Shown piece after piece: positions 23,285 through 38,212 of a stretch of 47,058 nt of DNA; within the stretch, counting starts at the first letter, position 1; each line of letters opens with the position of its first letter. The notes beneath the pieces were generated by a model, which was not told the DNA's origin, did not search any database, and saw only the letters and a program-made list of their open reading frames with translations. The translations under genes and the position numbers were made by a program. Origin of the DNA: Kudoa neothunni (taxonomy: Eukaryota; Animalia; Cnidaria); NCBI GenBank assembly GCA_964304625.1, contig OZ199840.1, positions 9,756,057-9,803,114 on the forward strand, read 5' to 3'.

Positions 23285-25086
23285 TATAATCACCAATTAA
23301 CTTAAAAATATTAATCTGTTATTCTAAATATATTCAGTTATTAAGCTTATTATTTTAATACGAACTAAAAATGAATGCATTTTTTTATAAATTGTTTTCT
23401 ATTATAAATATTGTCGGAGCTAAATCATCATCAAAATAGAGTTTATTAATAAAACATAATAAAAACAGTTTTAACGATAATTATAAAAATAATTGGAGTT
23501 AATATGTCGTTGGGGTTTATTTTATTATGTTATATCTATTTCCGAGAAAGATCAATGTATTTTCTGATTATTGTTAGGCATATTCATTTTTATAATGTAT
23601 AAAGTTACTTTTATTGTATTTTCACCGAAGTTATCTTTTATAACGAAATAGAAAAGCCTTATATCAAAAAATAAGACATCTTATCAAATTAGTAAAAAAG
23701 ATCAATTTCATGAGGAAATTCGAAATTTTTGCTAGTTTCTAACCTTACGTCTATTCTCAAAAAGAAATGCTGTAAATTTTTTATTATACTAAGTTTTTTA
23801 CATCTGTATGAGATCTTTATTCGTCAGTTATCGAACAACATATAATAGATATCATTTCTATTCAAATAGATCTTTTAGAGTATTTATTTTAAATCACTAT
23901 TATGATTATTCAAGAAATCATGTTTAGCCTTCCTATAAGGCGATTTGCGAGCTGAATCTAATATAGTAATGAGAACAGTATTATACGAAGTTAAATTTGT
24001 GTTGTTATTTGTTTACCTATGAATAGTTTTGATTTTGAATATGAGCAATGTTTCATACAGAAAAAGAATGACATCGCTTTATGAAATTTGTCTTAATTAG
24101 TTTTAGTTGAAGCACCGAAAATAATAAATTTAATCGTGACTTTTTATAGTCATACTATATCTAATAAGAATAATCAAATTAATTTATATTTCATTATCTA
24201 AAATACATATTACCCACTTTCTCATTCCTACTTTTAGGATATAATAAAATAATGGATGTAATTCCATAAATTATTCAAACAGCTTTCGAAAAAATGTAGA
24301 ATTTTCTTAATAAACATATTAATGGGTATTTATATGTTAATATAATATAACATTTTCAATAATATAGTGGCTAATTCACGCTTTTTCTCTGGTCACAAAG
24401 GGATTATGAATTAGCCGTCACCCACTGCAACAGACCCATTTTAGTCTTAATCTGCAACCATTAGGTCAATTCTTAATATAACATTGGCTTTACCTTCAAA
24501 AAAATACATTTAAACACTTTTATCTTTATAGTTAATTAAACATTAATTTGCTTTTCTCGAAATTGAATAACAACCAAATATACTTTTTATTGTTATTTTA
24601 AAAATGAAAAACAATTTTAATACTTTGAAATAGGCGAACCTCAAACTAAATATTATATTTAATTTATTCTTTAGTAATCAATAAATCCACGCCTATTAAA
24701 ATATTTCTACTTTATATTTTTAGTTATATGAATGCAATACAAACAGTTGGAAAACCACAAGCACAACTCAAATTTCTGTCTATCCATAAAACTCGCATAA
24801 ATATTTATCCATATTGTTATATCAGTCAGCTTTATACTATTTTTGGTAGAAACAGGTTTATTCGAAAATTAGAAGTATATTTGTTTTAGTTTACAAAAAA
24901 TTTAACTTTTATTAATCCCATTTTCTCCAAAAATGGTTTAAATTTTTACAAATCGTTTTTGATAGAACTGATACTTATTTTTATTAAACAAAATGTAAAA
25001 TCTAATATACTTAGTTCATAAAAGATTAAAAATCAAAATAAATTATTAAAATTTTAATTTTGAAATTGTCAATTAAGATTTTTAGC

Positions 25087-25108
25087 ATATATATATATAT
25101 ATATATAT
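25087..25108. repeat. (AT)11 microsatellite
   Basis: Read directly from the sequence. Confidence 0.9.
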
Positions 25109-26519
25109 GAAATGGTAGATACTGAATTTATTTTTTTTGATTATCTATTTTACATTTACAAGTTATAAATTGGCACTCTCATGTCCAATATGATAACAAT
25201 ATAGAAGAGCAATATTAGCAAATAAACCAACAGTTTGAATCACTTGACGCATTATAATTTATTTTTATTAAATCTTAAATTTTTTGTCAGTTTTGTTTTT
25301 CTACTTTAATCATATCATTTTTGCCTGATTTTAAGATTATTCTAAACTATAAGACATATCTGTATTTTTGAGGTTGGTTTTAAATATAATATCAACATCA
25401 AATATTCAGTATGAATACTTTTTTTCGGACTTAATGAGAACACTTTTTAACTACTCATTTTAAGTTAACTTTAATTTTTCTTCCATGAAATATAAAGTAA
25501 TTATTGTAAAAATAATTATTTCCTGGTTTTTTACCTAAAAAATCTATTGTACATACTCTATCATACAATAATGGATAGATTCATTGATTTTACCCCTTTA
25601 GATGTTTGAAAAAAGTCCTATAATATTTATTCATCTGGTTTTCATCACAATTCGGATAAAGACTATATTTGAGCAATAGATGATTTTTTCAAGTAACGAT
25701 TCTGGCCAAACTTCTATCTTATCCATAATTAATAGAACTTTAAATAAACAATCTACTAAGATATAATTTGGATGAAAAATTTTTGCCAATAAACTGATGA
25801 AATTTTCCCTCAAATACTGAAAGTTGGATATTTTAAAAATATCATTTTGAAATAGTCATGACAATTTTATTATCTAAACATGGAAAGATCAACGCTAGAG
25901 ACGATGAGAAGAACTATATCGAATGAAATTGAACAGGTTTCCCAAATAGCGTATGTGGTGTCTCAAAGAAATTCAATTGAAAAATGCATCTTTTTAAAAT
26001 ATTAATTTTTATACGTTAAGTATGTATATAAGTTTCAAAATGTAATATTCAATTTTTAAATAGAGTTTCCTAATAAATACAATTTTAGAAAGCCTTATTC
26101 CCTACAGAAATAATTATAAAACCTAACTAAATTAAACGCATAAAAATTGTTTTATTATAAATTAAAATATAAAAATTATTAAAAATCTGGTTAAAAATAA
26201 TTCAAACTTTGGAATTTGAGGAAAACGAAATGCGCATTGAAAATGAATGTCATATTTTTGGTCTTTACATATGTAGGACATATTAAAATAGAATAATAAG
26301 GTATTTTAAAAATATAAAGATTATTAAATAAAGAAAAATTATTATAAAATAGTAAAATAATTAAATAATAAAACCAAGATATTAATTTAAATGAAATAGT
26401 AAAATTAGATAAAATAATATAAGTTGTATTTTAAATGCAAAAGAAATAACCTTTATAGAGGTAATTTAAAACTGATGATGAGTTAGGAAATGTTTATTCA
26501 TATTCTATGTAACAATAAC

Positions 26520-29428
26520 CTAAAGATATCTAAATCCATGATGTCGCCGGGAAGAAATAAATCCTCCAATTCCTCCAATCAAAAGGATTGCAACAACCAC
26601 CAAAACTACGATACTAAACAAAAAATGTATAAATCAAGGACAAATCAATTTACAGAGTAGTATTTCCTGAGCTAAAAAACAATTAATAATCATAGAATAA
26701 ATACATTAATTAAATTTACGTCGATTTACTCACAGTAGCACCTAAAGTTTAAATCAATACATTTTATATCATAAAATTACCTTTATCTAATTCTGCCGTG
26801 CCGAATATCGTTGCATTCTCGTTATAATATACTATCAATTGATAATCATTCAGATCTTCGACATTTTCTATTGTAAAGCTTTGACAACTTGGAAACGCTT
26901 TACAATCATCATCTGCATTACTCAAACACTTTTTGACTCTTGGTCTCGCCACATCACTTAAATTAATCAACACCCACTTACATTTCGACTCTTGATTAAT
27001 TTCACTGGGTAATATGGTCGCTATTTCTAATGTCTTATTATTGCGCACAATATTAACTATCATTCTTTTCATTGGATCAGTCGGAGTTTCAATTTTTGGT
27101 TCTATAATATATATTTACATTTAATCATTAATAGTGTATTATTTTAAATAAATATATAATAAAAACATATTATGATTATGTAGATAAGAAATATAATGGA
27201 ATTACTTGGGTGTATAAGGATTGAGGATTCCTTGGATCGACCAACAGCCGTGACCAAAACTTTATATTCTTTCGAAGCGTCGTACCCTTCACTGAATATA
27301 ATATCATTACAATTTGTTATTTCAGTGCATGATTTCATATTGTTTAACGTAGATTTTAATTTATGGTTTTCTGTTCTAGCTATGGCGGGACCATTATTAT
27401 TTTTCAACATTGAAGAAATTGTTGAACGAGCCAGTTCAGCAGGACATGAATGGATTGTATCCCATGATTGTTCACTTTTCATAAGGATTTTATAATGACA
27501 TTTTGCATCGTTTTTTGGTGTAGACAATACACCAATAACTTTGAACCCTTTGTCCAGTGTCTCCTTCTTAAGAGTAAGAGTAGAATAACCTACCATTTTT
27601 ATATCTAAATATATTTATCATAAATCTAATACTTGTGTTAATATTATTGTAAATTGTAGAACCAAATCCTGCATAAGCAACCACTTTAAAATCATAGCTA
27701 GTGTTAGGTTCGAGATCAACTAATTTTCGATGTTCCCTGCATAATCCTCTGCAAGGATTACTATCTGCACATGTTGCTTCAACAAATAAATTCCTTCCTG
27801 CTCTGCTTACAAAGTAATCGCAAGTAGGCTCAGTAGGAGATGTTGTTAGTCTGCCGCCGATTGCTTTTATTATGCTAGTGGTGTCGCCCGTGATTAGTTT
27901 GACAGGATTGAAATAGTTTCTATTATTTTTGTCTAAAATAAGAATCAAAGAATTTACATTTACATTAATTCTTACTTGTCTGAACAAATATGTACTCTTT
28001 AAAATCATCGCGGGAAATAATATCATTTTGTGAAATCACTAACATTATAGGTTTCCCCGCAGGTAGTTGTTCAGCTGTGAAGGCAGTATTACAATTAGAC
28101 GGACAATGTGACCCTGTTGAACATTTTGGTGACATGAATACATTATTTTTGATTGTGTCCGCGATGTAATATTTGACCGCACATTGTTGAAATTTCACAT
28201 TACTACCAGCAGGTGCAAATAATGGTAGGTTTATTTTGATCCCTGTTGCTGTATTAGATATAAGTGCATTATCAACTCCAGGCAGTTCAATGATTGCTAA
28301 TATATGATTTAAAATAAATCATATTATTATTTTTACCATATTTCTTATAAGTATATCCATTGGCCGGTTGATCTGTTTTTTCCATTATATTATGGTGCCT
28401 TCTTTGAATAAATATTTCAACAATTGGATTTGTTTGATCAAGAATGAGTTCCACATTATCACAAGGAGCATAGCATTGTTTTTTAATTCCTCCGCAGTTT
28501 GATGAATAAATTGCTGTGTTTGGATCTGCATTATTCGTTCCAACTCTTATACTAAAGAGGCATATTTCACTAGGAATTGAATTAGTGAATTTTAGTTGAT
28601 ATTTGGTTTTATCTTGAGCAGATTTGTATCTTGCATAGAACTGAGGCTTATAAATATCTATATTTTCCTTCATATAGTAGTTTGGCATGTGGTAATAATA
28701 AATAGGGAAGTTAGTGCATCTCATCTCGAAATATGGGATTTTTATACCATAAGTGACTGTGTCTACGCTAGTTCCCTGAGCAGAAATCGAACAACTGCTA
28801 GGTGCTGGCACGTCCTTGTATTTTATTCCCTTGTGATATATTGGACATGCTACAGGCTTGCAGGTGATTGCTCGTAGCTTTAATAAAAAATCTCCATATG
28901 TAGATACAATTATGTTTGGGTCGACCAAAAGTGCTAATAATTTATATTTATTATGAATGAATTAGTTAATTATGATACGTATTGCAAATCCGAATACTAT
29001 TCCTCCTTTTTGCGCACTAGTTCCGCTAACATCTTCAGCATGTACGCTATCTTTTATGTAAATGTATTTAGATCTAGGTGAAAAATTTCTGTACTCCAGC
29101 TTATTGTTGTCTCCAGCACAAGTTCTGACGCATTTGTTGTGAACACCTACCACATTACTTTCACAACCAGTTATTTCAGCAAAATTATTGTTTAAGTCAT
29201 TTTCTCGCATTATACGGCATATTTTATTTGATGTATACTCTGTGCCCTTTAACTCCAAATGAAATTTAATGTTAGAACTATCCAACTGATAGAAAACTTC
29301 TCTAGCAGGTGAAGGTTCTTGCGCCTCATTGGAGTGATAAATTAATGTAACTAAATGAAAATCAATATAATCACGTTGACAGTTTTATTTATACATGAAA
29401 GTATAAATAAAACGATGATTGGATCCAT
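26520..29428 (-). CDS. Paralog D, most divergent copy (~820 aa), tail SSRRHHGFRYL
   Basis: Introns 29351-29394, 28934-28978, 28297-28336, 27933-27975, 27590-27632, 27102-27205, 26742-26780, 26672-26719, 26614-26653 are at the same positions and phases but with diverged sequence. N-terminus MDPIIVLFILSFTLIYHS; TM LIVVLVVVAILLIGGIGGFI. Confidence 0.88.
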
Positions 29429-29718
29429 TTTCACAAGAATCACAAACGATATTAAACAACTTTTATCTACAATTAGACCAGTTCAATTATTCAACATCGT
29501 GACCCATTCAATTTAATCAATAAATTCGTTAATTTATCTATAAAGCTTTGCTGTAATTAATATTCTCGGAAAAATTCATATTGAAGACAATAAGTATTAA
29601 TCTACAACATCAAATATATATTTAGAGATGATAATTATGGTTATAATTTTTGATTACTTTTATAACCCCATGCCGCTTAATTTCAGCTCTATATTTCAAT
29701 TAATAATATATTTACATA

Positions 29719-31985
29719 TTAGCCCTCCGAGCGCCTGAAAATCGACATTACACATTACTTCTATTGGGGTCAAATGGACCCCGCATTTTTTTAGCTTAAA
29801 TTATAGATAAAAATGAACTAAGTCATTTACTAGAGTATGAGAGAAAAATATCAATAAAATATTAGAAATATTACAATTATAACACTGCCAGTTGTTAACG
29901 ATGATCACAGAAACATTTAAAACGTTAAATTAGGCATCAAATTAAACGAGTTTAGCTTCTTTTTTTAATATAATGGGTTTTAATAAAAAATATATATCAT
30001 TCCCCGTTAAGTCGATCTTAAAAATTGTTTCCTTCATAATTAATTTCTTAATAATCACGCCCAACAATACCCGCAATAAATATTGTTCCAAAATACATAG
30101 AATGCGAGATATTTATCTTATTTTGTTTTTTTATATTGAAAAATATCACTGAAACAACTTTTGAACTGCTTTCATTGCGGATGGCTCTACAAACAAAATA
30201 AAAAAGTCTTCGCTTTTCTGTCTCGAGATCTCGAACAATAACAGCATCACACGCGACAAAGAAATTCTATTATGCAATTATAATTTTTATCAACGCGAAT
30301 TTTGTTTCTCTGAATATAACCTTTCGCTAAACCATCTACAAGTTCATCTATAAATTTAACTCTTGAACAATTGAGATCATAGAAAACAGTCATACAGATA
30401 AAATGAATGAACCAAGTTAATACCAACCATAATGAAGAATACTGATGTTGACCATCGATTCTTTTACTTTAGACACTCGTTGTAGCGATAATGTGATCCA
30501 CTGTTTCTACTCCTCCTTTTTGACGATTATATTCCAGATTAAAAACGGGTTTTTTCATAATGAACCGGAGGTTGTTAGTAGTAAAACTGCTTTACCTTTA
30601 TAGGATCATAGGAACGTTGGAGATTAGTATTAGTTTTTGATTAAACAAAAGTGTACTGAAACTTCGCGTTTTGAATCTTTATTGAGATAATTTGTAATAT
30701 CACTTTTATTATTTCGGATTGTTCCAGTCATTCCCCGTGTAAGATTTTTTGGCCAATGGAAACAGAAGTAAAGAAATTTTCACAAATTACACTTCTCCCA
30801 CTTTCCATCAATGATGACAGAAGATCTTGAACAATATCTCCTCAATATTCTCTGACATTTCATTATTATTTTTGTCCAAATATACAAGAAAGTTATGAGT
30901 GTACTTGATCTCGGGATTGGTACGGAGAAAATACTTAATTCCGCATATTGCCGGCTTGGACAGTATACGTAGCGCGGAGGTAAATTTTCCCTAAAAGCAA
31001 ATAGCTACTGGTCAATGGTCATATTCTCCTGGGAGTAATAAGTAATAAAGTTCGGAACAACAATCTTTCCAACCCTTAAAATATCACAAATGGGGGGAGA
31101 ACTCATCCATGATTCCTCAAGCTTCTCTGGTTTTGAATTCTTCATAATGAATGACCCTCAAAATTTGATTAAACCTATTTATGGCATAATCTTTCGAAAA
31201 ATATCCCTTCGTTTCCTAACACTCCGAAACAATTTGAATCATTCTAGTTAAGATTTAAAAATGGGAATACAATTTTGGATTCCCAAATTAACTATCAAAT
31301 CTTGTTTTGAAAAGTCCTCAAATAATTCAGATAATTAAAATTGGTAAACGTTAATGTTCGAAATAACAGTTGAGAAAATAGATTTACCATAAAATATGAG
31401 GAATGATCATCTAAGAAGGTGAATCTGTTTGATTCATATGAAATCGAACCTGGATACTATGAAAAATATTTCGTTTAAAGCTTTTAATTATTGGAAGTTT
31501 TTCGGAAAACCAATAAATATCATATTTATCTTCGTAAAAGTTTCGACAGCGTTCATTATCTTCAGAAACAGAATGACATAAATATCTAAATTATCAAAAG
31601 ATATCTTAAAATTCATCCAATATATTACAGTCAGAATTACTTATGGCAGCGTTTTACTCGTCGGCAATGGTCTGTATTTAACGTATGTAAGGTTTTTTCA
31701 ATTTTTCTCTGTTTTTTCACGATAAAATTTTATTTAATTCACAAAAACTGTTGTAAAAGATTTTTTTTTATTGTTTGGTAGAAACAAACGTGGGGTCGAT
31801 TGGATTTTAAAAGAAGGAATGTGTAAGTATTTTGATTATTTCGTTACCTGAAGGCAAAAATTAAAATTTTCTGTTATATTTTAGTAGAATTTATATTTTT
31901 AGGAGAACGGATGTGATCTTAAATCATATAATGAAATATAAGGTCCTCTAAAACTGATTCAAACATCCATTGGGATCCAATTGAC
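29719..31985 (-). mobile_element. piggyBac element with transposase pseudogene
   Basis: Terminus TTAG-CCCT at 29719-29726 plus GGGGTCAAATGGACCCC. Minus-strand motifs MTIDQ*LFAFR (cf. TVDEQL.PFRG), KPAICGIK (cf. KP.KYGIK), CENFFTSV (cf. DN.FTS), GTIRNNK, YNRQKGGVETVD (cf. YN.TKGGVD..D). Right boundary approximate. Confidence 0.85.
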
Positions 31986-32072
31986 CGTAAATCCTCACGT
32001 ACAAGCCGCACCCAAACTTTGAAGATTGTATTCTGGTTTACAGGTATACAGCATGTATAAGCCGCGCCCATC
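31985..32072 (+). repeat. Possible pogo/Tc1-type TIR end with internal direct repeat
   Basis: CCGTAAAT...GTACAAGCCGCACCCA...GTATAAGCCGCGCCCA; no partner end found. Confidence 0.3.
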
Positions 32073-34399
32073 ACGCCAAACTAATTTTATTCGTCATCCC
32101 AATACATTCTTTCATTAATTTAACATAGTTAATTTTACCTAGTCACATAAGTCATTCGTGAAGTCTGTCGTCACACGCATGAGTTGGCTGACTAAGTTGT
32201 AATTAGTCCTTTAAAAAATCGAAGGTGATTATGTGTTGAAGTAGGTTTATAAAATATGACGTAATATTTCACTTTATATTCAAAAACTAGAGAATAAATG
32301 TTTATTTTTAGGTTTTACACAATTTTTATATTGTTGAGATAAAAAAATACTTTTGACTTATTGTCTTCCATGATTGATTTACCCATAAAATGCTTAAAAA
32401 TCGTATATTTTGATTTGCGACGATTACTCTACTTTTAAGTTAATTTTAATTTAACAAAATTTATTGAATATTTTTGGTTTTAGTCACTTAATATACCAAT
32501 ATTAAAAGAGAACTTAATAAAATAAATTAAAAATTTTCATGTTGGAATTTTTGAACAAATATTGTTATAACTTTTTTTTACTCATGGATAAACTATGTAA
32601 AAAAAATTATGAACTAAAAACCATATTAAATTAAGCCATAGTTAAATTGAAATATCCTCCTTCTAATTTTGAATAGAATAAATCAGAAAGTTCTGTTTTT
32701 AAAATAAGAAGTCAAGATTGAACATTTACAAGCTTATTACTAACAGATACGAATAAAAAAAATTAAGTGAAAAATTAACGACGTCGAATTTGTTAAAATT
32801 ATACAGATATAAAAATTGTTTGAGTTGAGTTGAATTTAATTAAATAATGTAATTTTTTGTAAGAAGATCAAAAATGGAAAAATTTTTGGAAAAGAAGTGA
32901 ATTAACAGGACGAATTGTGGGAAACGACTTCATTTCCGATTTTGTATGCGACACCACCCCAAATCCGTAAACGTATTATGTAGTACTGCAGTTTATTCGA
33001 TATTTTCAATTTCACTCAATATCAATTCAGCACAATTTTTAAAAATTGAGTGGTGAGAAAACAACATAAAAATTATTAAATCAAATTTACTGTTTTTGAT
33101 TTAAATGATATTAAACTACATATTTTAATAGTGTTCATGGATTTACTGTAAAAATGAACGAGTTCTTATAATCAATTGTTCACTCGTTAATTTTACGCGT
33201 ACGTTTTGCAATAATTTCTTTAAATTAAGTTTACGTGTGCCTATGTAATTCTTTTAGTTTACGTATTTTTCAAATAAAATTTGATCATGTTTAAAACACG
33301 TTGTTTGAAAAATCCATCTATATTCACCAGATATTCCGTCAATATTGATCCACCTTTTAAAGTTTTACATATAAACATCGCAAAATATCTTCTAACAGTT
33401 AAGGCATTTATTCTTAGTTTCTAATAAAGTGCGAAAAATAAAAAAATTTTTGAAACATATATTATTTGTTTACTACCAAATCAAAAGTTTAATGTAGTTT
33501 GTACAATTTAAAATAAATATATGACGGTTGGTGAATATTAGAGTTTTAATTGTATTTTGTTAAATAATTATTGCATAAAAACATGGATGGTTTATGGTAT
33601 TGAAAAAATATCACTTTAAAATTAAACCTTTTTCCATTATCCAACTAATTCCAAAACTTATTAACTTGTCAATATAATTAAGAAGTTCATAAAACCTTTG
33701 GGTAAAAATTTCTTCCATCACAACATTAGCATTATAATTTGGCGCGAATTATAAGGATCTGTTTATAATAGAGACCGGCAATCATCGACTCGCGAAGGTG
33801 TCGAAAATGATATTAAAAATTTATTAGTTAACGATTACAACGTTAACAATATGTCCTATTTTTTAATCACAATTTCAATTCGTAACACATTACACAAAAT
33901 AACAAGGTTTTACTTAAACATTCCTTTCGATTTAAATAGGAATGTATATACTAACATTATTATATAAACATTCACCTATAAATAAATAACTTTAAATTGA
34001 TTCTTACTGATAATATTTCAAAAAACTTAAACAATGTCCCGCGTTAACGGAAGATGATTCCGCGATACTGTTTATTATACATGTTTCCATTATGCGAGAA
34101 TTGAAAAAAGAATTTCTTCTATTTTATATGAAGTTATGGTAATAATAATAGATAATTTGTTATATAATAAAAATAAACAGACATTATCTTAGCAAGTTCA
34201 GTAGATCCTGCTAGAGTTGTATGTTTTTGTGTTAACCGACCCGCGCCTTATCTACCGTTTGGCATTTTGACCCCACATCCCGAATCGGTTACCGAGGACT
34301 GTTTTTATCGGAGAAATAACGTTCAAAAACAAAGAAATTCTGGTCATTAATCTTAAATTATAAATAAATATGCCTGTACGAAATATCCCAATCAAATCA

Positions 34400-35330
34400 A
34401 ACTTTTTAAACTCAAAACCGAAAAAAATTCGTTCATGTACATTGCATAAGAAATCGAACTAATTTTCAACGAATAAAGAGCGAACAAACCCAGGTAAAAC
34501 TATATTTAAGACGATAACGAGGATCCGCAACACATTTGAAATGCCACGACTAGTAAAAAAATGATAATTTTATTTAATAATTTTTGATGTTGTTTTCTCA
34601 TCATTCAATATTTAAAAATTGTGCTAAGTTGATATTGAGTGAAATAGAGATAGTGGTGCATGCGGAACACTGTTAAATTCTGGCGCCACACACTCCGTGA
34701 TTACCCAGATGTGACTTTAGCGACCTACCTCGCTTTGATCTGATAACGACTGCAAAATCAGCTTCATCTAAAAAGATTATGTTCTCATGTCGTACCGATA
34801 TTTTCAAATTGCGAAACATGTCGATGTATTCTTTCCAGGGTTGATTCACAATTTCTCCTTTCAGGCACGATCACTAGAGTTTTGAGAGTATAGTGAAATT
34901 CATCAATCACTCGATCTATAGTGCTAATAGACACATTTAAATCGAGTTCATCCAAAACCTTTTGCTTGAGCTCCTTTAACGTTATCTTGGAGTTTTCGTC
35001 CATCCATGAAATAATTTTTTCTTTCTGCTTTAATAACGAAATAGAGCGTTTGTCGCCTCGTCTAGGTTTCAGTTCGATGACTCCTGTCTTTTGAAATTTC
35101 GAAATTATTGTGGCCACAGTAGGATAGACCTTGATAACTTGATTTGGGAGGCAATCGCAGTAGTGCTCGTTCCCAAAAGAATAAGCTCATGTCTTTGCTC
35201 CCTTTTACCCATGGAAATCGTCGTCTTTTGCTTCCGTTCCTGCTTGGATATTTGAACAGGAGAAGTTTCATGTTCACAGGGATCTGAATCAGGCGAGCCC
35301 TCGATATTACCATGATGACGATCAATAATT
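34400..35330 (-). pseudogene. Tc1/IS630-like transposase pseudogene 1
   Basis: PRRGDKRS, ITLKELK, VSISTIDRVIDEFHYTLK, PERRN, then frameshifted IIFLDEADF (first catalytic D); C-terminal part decayed. Confidence 0.8.
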
Positions 35331-35589
35331 AATATTACTTAATGTAGCAACTTCTATATTGATACAATATTATAATCAGAAGCTCGGATTTTTTTGGAAA
35401 AATAAATGATAATTTTTTAAAGCAAAAAAAAACTAATCCGCTCCTTAACGTTTAAGAAATACCCAATGATGTCCCATCCTTTTTATGTTTATGTTATGTT
35501 TTTTCATTAAATTAATGCAGTTTATCAAAATTCTAAAGATTATGCTCTACATAATAATGTAAGTAACATTCTGAGTTTTACTAATTGAT

Positions 35590-36596
35590 TGCTTCATCGA
35601 TGTTTTTTTGAGAAGTAGCAAATATCATATCAAAGATGCAATTTCTTATCCATAACATTTTTTATATAATTATAGGGTTTTCTGATCAATATGAGATTTT
35701 CTGCTTCTGCCCTTATAACCAAATTTTTCCACTAGGAAAAAGTATTCTCTGTAGGATTTAGGAACGGATAATACGGTGGCAGGAAAAACAATTTAAATTG
35801 GAATGAGTCAACTGTGTCATTGAGTCCGCTGTAATGATGGATACGTGCGTTATCAAGAATGAAAATCGGATTGTTTATATCCTTGAATAAACAGGCATTC
35901 TTTATTTCAATCAGACATTTTCTAAAATCTTATCATTCATTGCCTTATCGTAAATTTTGTAATATATCATGCCATATTTATTCATAACAGACACAACCGA
36001 AATACTTCTACTCCAGGTAGAGGAAACAGAAAGATAAGGCAAAACCCTTCTTGCCGAACTGCCTCTTTTCGGTCATGTCACCACCGAAAACCCTACCTCG
36101 TCCATAAATATGAAGGTTTTATCCTCTTTCTCCAGCTTATATCCTCTAAATTTTTTAGCATATTTGAATCTCGTTTCAACCGTGGATTCACAATTTCTTC
36201 TTTGGGAATCGGAACGGCAGATTTTATTGTGTATTGGAAATATCGGATAATTCTGTCAACTGTACTTATGCTGACGGAGAGTCCAAACTTTTCACTGATT
36301 ATTCTGATGATATCGCTCAGTCTCAGCAAACAATCGTGGTTAATTCAAATTTCTAATTTTTGATCGTAAGATAACTTAGACTTCCCTTCACCTCCACGTT
36401 TCTGAATGTTTACAACATCATTTCTGTTGTAGTTGTCGATTATTCTCCAAACGGACTTGTAGTTAAGTGAAAGATTTTCAGAGATCTGTTTCGCCGATAT
36501 TCCTTCCAACGATTTGTTTATGATTTTTACCCTATCATCATCGTTAATGCTTACCTTGTTTTTATTAGGTTGACTATTACCAGAATTAAATTCCAT
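35590..36596 (-). pseudogene. Tc1/IS630-like DD34E transposase pseudogene 2
   Basis: HTH region with KRGG, VSISTVDRII, FMDEVGF, FILDNARIHH...FLPPYYPFLNPTE (34 residues between D and E); internal stops and frameshifts. TIRs not identified. Confidence 0.88.
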
Positions 36597-36954
36597 CTTA
36601 AAAATATGAATATATGCAATATTTACAAGAGCATTTTAATAATATATAATTTATATAAACTAATTAATTAATAGGAAATACTTAGTGACTTCGCCGCTCG
36701 ACAGAATGTTCCTCGTAGTCTTACGTGATTGTAACAAATCTAGCTATTAGGCAACTAAACTTACATCTCTTTTGCGGTGTTCACCTTAATGGGAAAAAGC
36801 CTTATTTTAAAAAGATGAGTCTCAGATTTCCGCGAAAAATCTCATATTGATCGTGAGACCTATAATACTAAAAAATAATGTGTTAATTCGATTATATCCA
36901 TATATTGTTGTAACATGTGGATTATAAGGGTTGCACTCCATCAATCACAGATAC

Positions 36955-37035
36955 GCGATCGAGAGCAGTGCGGTATGGCACCGTCGTCTTTTAATTCAAA
37001 GAACCTAGGTTCTAATCCCGGTTCGGACCTTGTGT
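36955..37035 (+). repeat. Possible tRNA-derived SINE head (degenerate)
   Basis: B-box-like GGTTCTAATCCC followed by GGTTCGGACC, with a weak GC-rich A-box-like segment ~40 nt upstream; no convincing cloverleaf. Confidence 0.35.
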
Positions 37036-38212
37036 TGCAACTTTTATAAAATACACGAGGTTATAATAAACCAAATAATAAAATTCGTTAAATTTATCCA
37101 CAGGCGACCTTCACAACCTCTTTTATAGCGTCTCCATATTTGGTGGTCCCTACATTTTTTATCCCCGGTATAAAAATAATGGTTGAACAAAATTTTATCG
37201 CATCCGCGTTTTGTTTGGAGCTTGACGAATGAGTTTTCATTTTTTTCCATGTTGAAGATTATACACCCACAGCCATATGTGAACTAAACGCGCATGAAAT
37301 AATATCACCGGCGAGTGCGGAGGAATCGCCAAAAATTCGCCGTATGTTTCCCTCTAATAACAATAAGATTCGTGTACTTAAAGTTTATTCCTGCCATCAA
37401 ATCACATTATTTTAACTAATATAAATTATTTCGAATAAATAATAATTTAAGGTATTCTTACATAATAAAACACACTTCATTATTTTTTTATCTCGCTTTA
37501 ACTATTGATTACTAAATATGTTGTGTATTTAATACCACTTAAAATATCTTTAGTATTAAATATATTTACTTTTACAATATGTTGGCATTGGAATTGAAAA
37601 ACTATAATAATTTTACTAATAATTATTGAAAACAATTATATTAATAATTTAAGCGACGAAGAAAATATTAAATAAAACTTTCTTAAGTCGATACTTGTAA
37701 AGTCGGCCTTATAATAAGTCTAGTTGACATAATAAATTACACAACAAAAATTGTAACCAATTCATTATTTTATTATATTAAATATAATAAGGTTAATCTT
37801 CAAATTTTCAAAATATTTCCATCTGGCTGCACAAATAAACCTTATGAATGTTTATTAAAAAGATTTAAACTGTTAATCATTAATAAAAGATGGCTAAGTA
37901 CATATTTATTGGCAATAAACTTGTAATTTTTTACTTATTTTTATAATATTTCATCACGATTAATATTATAATAATAATAGAAAGTATTAATTAGGCTAGT
38001 ATAAAATATTAAATGAAATATTAATTAAAATGTTTAACGATGAGCGATAAACTAAATTTTTAAGTAAACATAAATAGGAAGACTTGGAATTAGTTTTTAT
38101 AGAAATATTGGATAAGATAAATAATTATGAAATATTCATTTAAATTATTTATGAATCATGATAAATAATATTATTCTTTATCTACTAATAAAATGAATAT
38201 TTGTATCATTTT

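Noticed and set aside
23620-24130. Head-to-head gene in the conserved upstream block
   Set aside because: Only short ORFs (~40 aa), not preserved in frame between the A, B and C flanks.
36955-37035. Functional tRNA gene
   Set aside because: Only a B-box-like motif; acceptor and anticodon stems could not be formed.
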